From contig CAKPMN010000019.1 in assembly GCA_934168005.1 (NCBI GenBank), forward strand, positions 1 to 16,781: 16,781 nt of DNA. Direction: 5' to 3'. The position numbers and the translations under genes are program-made. The notes beneath the pieces were generated by a model. That model was not told the DNA's origin. It searched no databases and saw only the letters and a list, made by a program, of their open reading frames with translations. How positions within the stretch are numbered: the stretch's first letter is position 1; each line of letters opens with the position of its first letter. Shown one piece after another: positions 8,035 through 13,943 of this stretch. The stretch comes from an uncultured Bacilli bacterium. Lineage in GTDB: Bacteria > Bacillota_I > Bacilli_A > RF39 > UBA660.

Positions 8035-8047
8035 AATATCTTTTTTT
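8011..8047. repeat. Copy 2 of the perfect 37-bp direct repeat
   Basis: Identical to 6740-6776, offset 1271 bp. Confidence 0.95.
8012..8047. terminator. Bidirectional intrinsic terminator shared by the XRE gene and the histidine kinase
   Basis: Same 14-bp stem and loop as 6741-6776. The XRE stop (8032-8034) is in the right arm and the kinase stop (8023-8025) is at the end of the left arm. Confidence 0.8.
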
Positions 8048-9237
8048 AATGGTAATGTCATAGTTACTGTTGTACCTACATTTTCTCTACTCTTATACAT
8101 TATATTTCCGTTATGAGCTTTTACTATTTCTTTCGATAAATAAACACCTAAGCCTGTTCCATTTCTTTTTGTTGTAAAAAATGGATTTTTTAATTTTTCT
8201 AATTCTTCTTTTGTCATTCCTTTTCCTGTGTCTATTATTTTTACAATTATATTATTTTTATCTATTTTTGTTTCTATTGTTAAAACTTTTTTATCTTCCA
8301 TTGATTCTAAGGCATTTTTTATTATATTTATCATTACTTGGCTTAATCTATTATAGTCTCCTTCTATAAATATTTCATCTTCTGTATCTTTAAATTTTAA
8401 TTTTACACCTTTCTCTTTTAATAATGGTTTTACTGAAGATACAACATTTTCTAATAAATAATTTATATCCATTGTTTCTTTTTCTATATGTATTTTATTT
8501 AATGATAAAAAGTCTTGTAATAATGTTAGTACTTTTGATATTTCGTCTTTAAGTATTGGAATATATTTTTTGGAATGTTCAATATTTGTTGTATCAAACA
8601 TATCTAAATATCCTTTGCACACTGCTATTGGATTTTTTATCTCATGTGTTATCTTAAATATTGAATTTCTAAATCGTTTTTCTTCTTCCAATTTGGAAAC
8701 ATTTACTGAATATGATATTAGATCTTCTGTTTTATCTATTAATCTTACTAAAAAATACGCTAATAATGGAAAAACAATTATAAGTATAGCCATATCAGCT
8801 AATGAAATTTCCACATAATTTATTAAAAATGGTACGAAGAATAAATATTTAGAAAATATAAATGTATATAGTATATATTTTTTATCTACAAATAAATACA
8901 TAAAATAATAAATGTTTGATATTAAATATTCAATAACTAATAAGTCGGCATTTTTATTTATATTAAAAATAACCATTATTGTTAAAAATTCAAATAAAAA
9001 TGTTCTTTTCTTATAAAAAGCTATTATTATTGGAACTTGTTCTATTAGTATTAATATACCAGTATCTATATTTTTTAGTTTAATCATCAGATAAAAACTT
9101 GTTAAAATAGAAAAATCAAACGTTATTCTTTTTATTTTTCTATCTAATGTTTTTTCATATATTTGGTATAATGCCCACATCGATAATGGAAAAACTATAT
9201 AAACTGTACTTAATAAAATATTGTCAAATATTGTCAT
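8023..9237 (-). CDS. Orphan membrane sensor histidine kinase
   Basis: 404 aa. About 170 aa of polytopic N-terminal membrane domain, H-box THEIKNPIAVCKGYLDM, N-box INIIKNALES, G1 IIDTGKGM and G2 GTGLGVYLSKEIV. No response regulator is encoded in the window. Confidence 0.85.
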   Translation of the reverse strand: MTIFDNILLSTVYIVFPLSMWALYQIYEKTLDRKIKRITFDFSILTSFYLMIKLKNIDTGILILIEQVPIIIAFYKKRTFLFEFLTIMVIFNINKNADLLVIEYLISNIYYFMYLFVDKKYILYTFIFSKYLFFVPFLINYVEISLADMAILIIVFPLLAYFLVRLIDKTEDLISYSVNVSKLEEEKRFRNSIFKITHEIKNPIAVCKGYLDMFDTTNIEHSKKYIPILKDEISKVLTLLQDFLSLNKIHIEKETMDINYLLENVVSSVKPLLKEKGVKLKFKDTEDEIFIEGDYNRLSQVMINIIKNALESMEDKKVLTIETKIDKNNIIVKIIDTGKGMTKEELEKLKNPFFTTKRNGTGLGVYLSKEIVKAHNGNIMYKSRENVGTTVTMTLPLKKDILFS

Positions 9238-9252
9238 TTTATCACCAATATT

Positions 9253-9300
9253 ATTATAGAAAATTATTATGTCGAACTTTGTCGAATTTTGTTGAAAAAA
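9253..9300 (-). promoter_or_regulatory. Kinase upstream region: a -10 box plus phased TTCGAC direct repeats
   Basis: Minus strand reads TTCAACAAAA-TTCGACAAAG-TTCGACATAATAATTTTC-TATAAT. The TATAAT is at 9258-9253. The 6-mers fall at 9271-9276 and 9281-9286, with a degenerate copy at 9291-9296, exactly 10 bp apart. No good -35 sits at 17-bp spacing. Confidence 0.45.
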
Positions 9301-9323
9301 TAAAAAAAGTGATTTCTCACTTT
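9291..9323 (-). terminator. Intrinsic terminator of the EIIB-like gene
   Basis: Stem aaagtga (9306-9312) pairs with tcacttt (9317-9323) around loop tttc. On the minus strand it is followed by TTTTTTTATTTTTT. The stop TGA (9317-9319) lies inside the stem. Confidence 0.6.
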
Positions 9324-9631
9324 AGTTCATCAATATGTTTCTTTAATTGGTGTGCTCCATCACCTAAAATTATTTTTAGTTGGTTATCAATCTCAACTAT
9401 TCCTTGAGCTCCTAATTTTTGAATTGCTTCTTTATTTACTATATCAACATTCTTTAGTGTTACTATGAATCTTGATTTATTTACCTCATAGTTTATTATG
9501 TTATCTTTACCACCTAAATATGTTACAAGTTTATTTACTTCATATTGAAAATCTTTCTTTTTTGATTTTGTGATCGCAAAAGCTATTATGATTAATATTA
9601 ATGCAATCAATAAATATTCTAACCAATTCAT
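9317..9631 (-). CDS. Membrane-anchored PTS EIIB(Glc-class)-like domain protein lacking the phospho-cysteine
   Basis: 104 aa. One N-terminal TM helix is followed by KSKKKD. LGGKDNIINYEVNKSRFIVTLKN...IQKLGAQGIVEID...ILGDGAHQLKKHIDE aligns with the E. coli PtsG IIB segment [21 protein letters not shown]...LKKLGAAGVVV as I recall it. Asn replaces the active-site Cys. Confidence 0.6.
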   Translation of the reverse strand: MNWLEYLLIALILIIIAFAITKSKKKDFQYEVNKLVTYLGGKDNIINYEVNKSRFIVTLKNVDIVNKEAIQKLGAQGIVEIDNQLKIILGDGAHQLKKHIDELK

Positions 9632-9646
9632 GTTATCACCTATTTA

Positions 9647-9675
9647 ATTATACTATATTTTAAATATTTAATCAA
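9647..9675 (-). promoter_or_regulatory. Sigma-A-like promoter of the EIIB-like gene
   Basis: Minus strand reads TTGATT (9675-9670), a 17-nt spacer, then TATAAT (9652-9647). RBS AGGTGA lies before ATG 9631. Confidence 0.5.
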
Positions 9676-9754
9676 TTTTTTATATTTTGACTAGTTTTGT
9701 CGAATTCATTGTTTTTTATAGCTATAGTGTTTATATTTATTTTATGGTGATAAT

Positions 9755-10867
9755 ATGTTAAAAAAATATTTTCCTTTTACTATTATATTATTTACATTCA
9801 TGATTATTAGTATTTTATCTATTTATAGCGCTGAAGTATTAATTGGATTTGATAATTATTATATTAAACAAATGATTTTTTATATTATTGGCTTTATTTT
9901 TATTTTAATTATATATTTTATTGGACCTTCTTTTTTTATTAAATATAGTTTATATTTTTATGTATTTTTTAATTTACTTCTTTTATTACTATTATTTTTT
10001 GGTAAACCTATTAATGAGGCTAGATGTTGGTTTGTTATTCCTGGATTTGGCACATTTCAACCTAGTGAATTCATGAAGATATCCCTTATTTTATTTTTAA
10101 CTAAGGTTTTAAATGATTTTAATGATAGATATAAGTATAAATCTGTTAAGCTAGAACTTATCTTACTTTTAAAAGTCGGTGCAATCCTTTTTATTCCTTG
10201 TGTTTTAACATTTTTAGAGCCTGATACAGGTAATGTACTTATTTATATATTAATTACTCTTATTATGCTTTTTATATCTGGAATTTACATAAGATTTTTT
10301 GTTATTTTATTTTCTATTATAGGATTTTTTGGTATTGTTTTTTGTATATTTTATTTTAAATTTCATGATACTTTTGTAAATGTTTTTGGTGCTTCTTTTT
10401 TTCTTAGAGTGGATAGAATTATTAATTGGTCTAGTAGTAGTGGCTTTCAACTTGAACATGGTCTTTATTCTATTGGTTCTGCAGGTTTTTTAGGGCATGG
10501 ATTTACTAATACACCTCTTTATTTTCCAGAGGCTAATACTGATTTTATTTTTGCTGTATTTTCTTCTAATTTTGGATTTATTGGTTCGTTTATATTAATA
10601 ACTTTATTTCTTTATTTTGACTTAAAATTAGTAAATTTAGGATTAAAATCAGATAAATATGTATATAAGATATTACTTTCTGGTATTATTGGAATGCTTA
10701 CTTATCAAGAATTTCAAAATATAGGTATGACTGTTGGTCTACTTCCTATAACGGGTATTACTCTTCCCTTTATTAGTTATGGCGGTTCTAGTTTATTATG
10801 TTATATGATTTTAATAGGATTTTCTTTTGGTATTTTAAAAGAAAATAGGTCTTTGTACAAAAATTAA
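9755..10867 (+). CDS. SEDS-family peptidoglycan glycosyltransferase (FtsW/RodA/SpoVE)
   Basis: 370 aa with about 10 TM helices. Family motifs FQPSEFMK, EPDTG, TDFIFAV and LPITGITLPFISYGGSS. RBS GGTGA lies upstream. Confidence 0.9.
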   Translation: MLKKYFPFTIILFTFMIISILSIYSAEVLIGFDNYYIKQMIFYIIGFIFILIIYFIGPSFFIKYSLYFYVFFNLLLLLLLFFGKPINEARCWFVIPGFGTFQPSEFMKISLILFLTKVLNDFNDRYKYKSVKLELILLLKVGAILFIPCVLTFLEPDTGNVLIYILITLIMLFISGIYIRFFVILFSIIGFFGIVFCIFYFKFHDTFVNVFGASFFLRVDRIINWSSSSGFQLEHGLYSIGSAGFLGHGFTNTPLYFPEANTDFIFAVFSSNFGFIGSFILITLFLYFDLKLVNLGLKSDKYVYKILLSGIIGMLTYQEFQNIGMTVGLLPITGITLPFISYGGSSLLCYMILIGFSFGILKENRSLYKN

Positions 10868-10868
10868 A

Positions 10869-10886
10869 ACAGTAGATATCTACTGT
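10869..10886. terminator. Perfect 18-bp palindrome between the convergent SEDS gene and pilin gene 2
   Basis: acagtagatatctactgt. A T-rich tract follows only on the minus strand. Confidence 0.45.
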
Positions 10887-10887
10887 C

Positions 10888-11259
10888 TTATGAACAACTA
10901 CTTGTTGTCTGTAGTGAATAAGTAAATTCTTTATATTCATTTACAACTACTTTTATTCCTAATGATAAATCAAGTGCTGAACCATCTTGAAAATTTGTTA
11001 TTGGCTCTTCTAAAAGTTCTTTATCTACTAAATCTTGTAAATGAATGCAATAAGTATTTCCAACTTCTTTTTTATATGTATGGCTATCTGCTGTTACATA
11101 TAACTCTGCTGCGTCATAAATCATTCTTAAAGTAGTTTCATGAACTGCTGTTTTTTTGTTGGCTACTTCATTTTGAATTTGTGGGATAGCAATTATTAGT
11201 ACAAGTCCTAAAATAACAACAACTGCTAACATTTCTACTAGTGTAAAACCTCTTTTCAT
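10888..11259 (-). CDS. Type IV prepilin/pseudopilin-like protein (ComGC/PilE-like size)
   Basis: 123 aa. MKRGFTLVEMLAVVVILGLVLIIAIPQ is a canonical prepilin N-terminal cleavage/methylation motif. RBS GAGGA lies upstream. Confidence 0.85.
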   Translation of the reverse strand: MKRGFTLVEMLAVVVILGLVLIIAIPQIQNEVANKKTAVHETTLRMIYDAAELYVTADSHTYKKEVGNTYCIHLQDLVDKELLEEPITNFQDGSALDLSLGIKVVVNEYKEFTYSLQTTSSCS

Positions 11260-11281
11260 AACTATCCTCTTTTCTTTTTAT

Positions 11282-11310
11282 ATTATAACTTTTAGAAAAA
11301 AAAAATGCAA
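11282..11310 (-). promoter_or_regulatory. Sigma-A-like promoter of pilin gene 2
   Basis: Minus strand reads TTGCAT (11310-11305), a 17-nt spacer, then TATAAT (11287-11282). The -35 overlaps the rpmF terminator. Confidence 0.55.
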
Positions 11311-11321
11311 CTATGCTGCAT
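11296..11321 (-). terminator. rpmF terminator
   Basis: 5-bp stem ATGCA/TGCAT (11305-11309 / 11317-11321) with a 7-nt loop. On the minus strand a run of 10 T follows. The stop TAG (11311-11313) is in the loop. Confidence 0.5.
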
Positions 11322-11517
11322 CTTCTTTTTTAATAACTTCTTTACCTTTGTAAGTTCCACATTCTTTACAAACTCTGTGTGGTTTTACTGTTGCACCACA
11401 TTTTGGACATGTAGTAGTAGTATTTTCAGAAATTTTGTAATGTGTACGACGTTTTCTTCCTCTTGTTTTACTTACTTTTCTGAATGGAACAGCAAATAAT
11501 TGTAATTCTAATTTCAT
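11311..11517 (-). CDS. rpmF: 50S ribosomal protein L32, zinc-ribbon (C+) form
   Basis: [18 protein letters not shown] followed by CPKCG...CKECG. The ATG at 11517 has a good SD (GAGGTG), which gives an 8-residue N-terminal extension (MKLELQLF). Confidence 0.9.
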   Translation of the reverse strand: MKLELQLFAVPFRKVSKTRGRKRRTHYKISENTTTTCPKCGATVKPHRVCKECGTYKGKEVIKKEDAA

Positions 11518-11531
11518 CTTAACACCTCGCT

Positions 11532-12011
11532 TTACTTTAATAGATCGTTCAGTTTCTCAAAAGGTGAGTTTAACTTCACTTCATCATCCTTGATAAGTCT
11601 CCAGCCATCTCCTTCAATAGTGAAGTCTTTGGCTTCTGGACTAACAACTTTCATGGGAATTTCCATTACTATATTTTCCCATATAATCTCGAAAATATCA
11701 ATAGAATTTTCACATCTTTTATAACTTTTTTGGTTATTTTCAAAGTATTCTCCTAATATTTCGTCTATTTTTATACTAAATGGAAGCGCAACTTCTTTTA
11801 ACGTTACTGAACATGGTAATATCATAGTTCCTGACACTGTTACATCTAAGTGGTAATCATCATAGCTATTTTCTAAAAACCCAACTATTTTTGCATTATC
11901 TAATCTAATTATATCTGTTCCTTTTAGTTCTTCTTCACTAAAGGAATAAGTTAGGTCTATATCTACATATGACTCATATCCACTTTTTAATTTTGTGATG
12001 TCTATCTGCAT
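11532..12011 (-). CDS. yceD: YceD/YlbN (DUF177) family protein
   Basis: 159 aa, acidic, sitting immediately upstream of rpmF (classic yceD-rpmF pair). Carries the family-typical C..C/E-rich pattern. Confidence 0.8.
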   Translation of the reverse strand: MQIDITKLKSGYESYVDIDLTYSFSEEELKGTDIIRLDNAKIVGFLENSYDDYHLDVTVSGTMILPCSVTLKEVALPFSIKIDEILGEYFENNQKSYKRCENSIDIFEIIWENIVMEIPMKVVSPEAKDFTIEGDGWRLIKDDEVKLNSPFEKLNDLLK

Positions 12012-12031
12012 AAATCACTTCCTTCTTGTGT

Positions 12032-12060
12032 ATTATAACCTAAAAAATTAAATTAGACAA
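12032..12060 (-). promoter_or_regulatory. Sigma-A-like promoter of yceD-rpmF
   Basis: Minus strand reads TTGTCT (12060-12055), a 17-nt spacer, then TATAAT (12037-12032). RBS GAAGGAAG lies downstream. Confidence 0.55.
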
Positions 12061-12082
12061 CATTTATTTTTTTTGATATTAT
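12053..12082 (+). promoter_or_regulatory. Sigma-A-like promoter of tmcAL, back-to-back with the yceD promoter
   Basis: TTAGAC (12053-12058), an 18-nt spacer with TGn, then TATTAT (12077-12082). RBS GGTGA lies downstream. Its -35 overlaps the -35 of the divergent promoter. Confidence 0.5.
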
Positions 12083-12097
12083 ATTTTTGGTGATAAT

Positions 12098-13246
12098 ATG
12101 ATTAAGATTGGTATTATTGTTGAATATAATCCATTTCACAATGGACATTTATATCATATTAATAAGATTAAAGAGATGTATCCTGATTCTTTAATTATCG
12201 CAGTTATGAGTGGTAATTTTACTCAACATGGAGAAGTTTCTATTATTAATAAGTGGGACAAAACAGAGATTGCTCTAAACTATGGTGTTGACTTAGTTGT
12301 TGAACTTCCATTTGTTTTCGCTACTCAAAGTGCAGATATATTTGCTAAGGCAAGTATTGATATATTAAGTGCACTTGGTGTTGATAAGATTGTTTTTGGT
12401 AGTGAATCTAATAATGTTAGTCTACTTAATGAATTAGCTCATATTCAGTTAAATAACAACAAGTATGATAAACTTGTACTGGACTATATGTCAGAGGGAT
12501 TTAATTACCCTACAGCATCTAGTAAAGCTTTATTTTATCTAACTGGTAAAAAGATAAGTGAATCTAACGATATACTTGCTTTAGCATACGTTAGAGAGGT
12601 TATTAAACACGGTGATAATATTGAATGTATCTCTATTAAGAGAAATAATGATTTTAATAGTGTAGAGCTTAACGATAATATGACTAGTGCAACTAGTATA
12701 AGGTATGCTCTTAAAAATGGTGATAATGTAGATAATTATGTTCCAGAGTTTACTTTATCAAAATTAAATAATCTTTGTTTTACTGATGATTTATTTTCTT
12801 TACTTAAATATAAAATATTAACTGATAAGGACTTAAGTATTTATCAAACAGTTGATGAGGGCATTGAAAATAGATTAGTTAAATATGTAACTAGTTCTAG
12901 AAATATGAATGAATTTTTATTAAAGGTTAAAAATAAACGTTATACATATTCTAAATTAATGCGTATGTTTATTCATATTCTAGTTGGTTTTACTAAGGAA
13001 GAAGCTAAAAATTGTAAAAGCGTAACTTATATTAGGATATTAGGATTTAATTTTAAAGGTAGAGAATATTTAAATAATATTAAAAATGAAATTTCTATCC
13101 CTCTTCTTTCTAGATTCGCATCTACTAGTGATAATATTTCATCTTTAGAATACCGTTCAACTTGTTTATATGCTTATCTTTTTGACAACGAAAAAAGTGT
13201 TAAAATAATAGAAAGTGAATATAAAAATACTCCTATAATGTATTAA
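12098..13246 (+). CDS. tmcAL: tRNA(Met) cytidine acetate ligase (YlbM/UPF0348 nucleotidyltransferase)
   Basis: 382 aa. GIIVEYNPFHNGHLYHI, MSGNFTQHGE, VELPF, FGSE, SATSIR and KNKRYTYSKLMRM match B. subtilis YlbM. Divergent from ylbN-rpmF as in Bacillus. Confidence 0.85.
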   Translation: MIKIGIIVEYNPFHNGHLYHINKIKEMYPDSLIIAVMSGNFTQHGEVSIINKWDKTEIALNYGVDLVVELPFVFATQSADIFAKASIDILSALGVDKIVFGSESNNVSLLNELAHIQLNNNKYDKLVLDYMSEGFNYPTASSKALFYLTGKKISESNDILALAYVREVIKHGDNIECISIKRNNDFNSVELNDNMTSATSIRYALKNGDNVDNYVPEFTLSKLNNLCFTDDLFSLLKYKILTDKDLSIYQTVDEGIENRLVKYVTSSRNMNEFLLKVKNKRYTYSKLMRMFIHILVGFTKEEAKNCKSVTYIRILGFNFKGREYLNNIKNEISIPLLSRFASTSDNISSLEYRSTCLYAYLFDNEKSVKIIESEYKNTPIMY

Positions 13247-13275
13247 AAAAAGTAGAATCAAAATCTACTTTTTTT
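13245..13275. terminator. Bidirectional intrinsic terminator after tmcAL
   Basis: 12-bp stem aaaaaaagtaga / tctacttttttt with loop atcaaaa. An A-tract and a T-tract flank it. Confidence 0.7.
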
Positions 13276-13381
13276 ATTCAGTAGCAGAGTTTACCCTCCA
13301 ATAAGATTTAAAGGATATAATAAGTATTAACAGGACAATCAATACAGTTCCTATCAGAGAGTAAGTTCTACTACTGAATTA
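13276..13381. other. Long imperfect hairpin (~105 nt) in a convergent intergenic region; possible structured RNA or 3' UTR element
   Basis: attcagtagcagagtttac (13276-13294) pairs with gtaagttctactactgaat (13362-13380), with one mismatch and two G-U pairs. T7 follows on the plus strand. On the minus strand the 13245-13275 terminator follows. Confidence 0.3.
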
Positions 13382-13386
13382 TTTTT

Positions 13387-13941
13387 TTATTTAAGTTCTC
13401 TATCACTAAATTGGAATATAGATGTATATTCTAAAACTTTCCATTTATTATCTTCTTTTACTATAGTAAATGGTTTTTCTATTTCATAATAGCCATCACT
13501 TGTACATCCTTCTCCATAACTTACAATTGATTCTTTCTTACACATTTTAGTCATGGCTTTATATTCTATTTTATTTTTTCTTATTTTTTTAATTTTTAAT
13601 ATAGTTCCATAATAATTTGATATACCTTTTCCAATTGGATTTATATAATATTTATTATCTTTTTCTTCTATATTTAAAAATTCATTTACTTTTGGTATAA
13701 AAGATTTACTTACAATATTTTCTATAATTGAATAATTTGTTATAACATATTTATCATTTTCTTTTTTATAGTCTAAATCTCCACCATAATAATACAAATT
13801 ATGTATTTCTTCATATATAGAACTTCCTTGTTCTATTTTTTTATTATTTTCTTTTTTTATTTTATTAATAGTTAATGTTATTACTAATACTATTAAAAGC
13901 ACTAGTAACAACACTAACATTCTCTTTATATTCCTCTTCAT
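13387..13941 (-). CDS. Membrane-anchored (N-terminal signal-anchor) protein of unknown function
   Basis: 184 aa. MKRNIKRMLVLLLVLLIVLVITLTI is followed by a Lys/Tyr-rich ~150-aa domain ending ...VKEDNKWKVLEYTSIF. The ATG lies 2 nt after the stop of the glycine-rich gene. Confidence 0.6.
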   Translation of the reverse strand: MKRNIKRMLVLLLVLLIVLVITLTINKIKKENNKKIEQGSSIYEEIHNLYYYGGDLDYKKENDKYVITNYSIIENIVSKSFIPKVNEFLNIEEKDNKYYINPIGKGISNYYGTILKIKKIRKNKIEYKAMTKMCKKESIVSYGEGCTSDGYYEIEKPFTIVKEDNKWKVLEYTSIFQFSDRELK

Positions 13942-13943
13942 AA

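Noticed and set aside
9271-9300. Tandem 10-bp repeats as a mini-CRISPR or satellite
   Set aside because: There are only two good copies and one degenerate copy, with no spacers. The position relative to a -10 box fits a regulator binding site, and the third copy overlaps a terminator U-tract.
9744-12100. Identical ggtgataatatg upstream strings at the SEDS gene (9746-9757) and tmcAL (12089-12100), and the similar ggtgataaaatg on the minus strand at the kinase start
   Set aside because: These are simply a preferred SD (GGTGA) plus an AT-rich spacer and the ATG. They are too short and functionally explained to count as a repeat element.
13276-13381. Long hairpin as SRP RNA, 6S RNA, tmRNA or tRNA
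   Set aside because: I could not find the conserved SRP domain IV motifs (GNAR loop with flanking AGCA/GGAA-type symmetric loop), a tRNA cloverleaf, or appropriate lengths. It is left unclassified.
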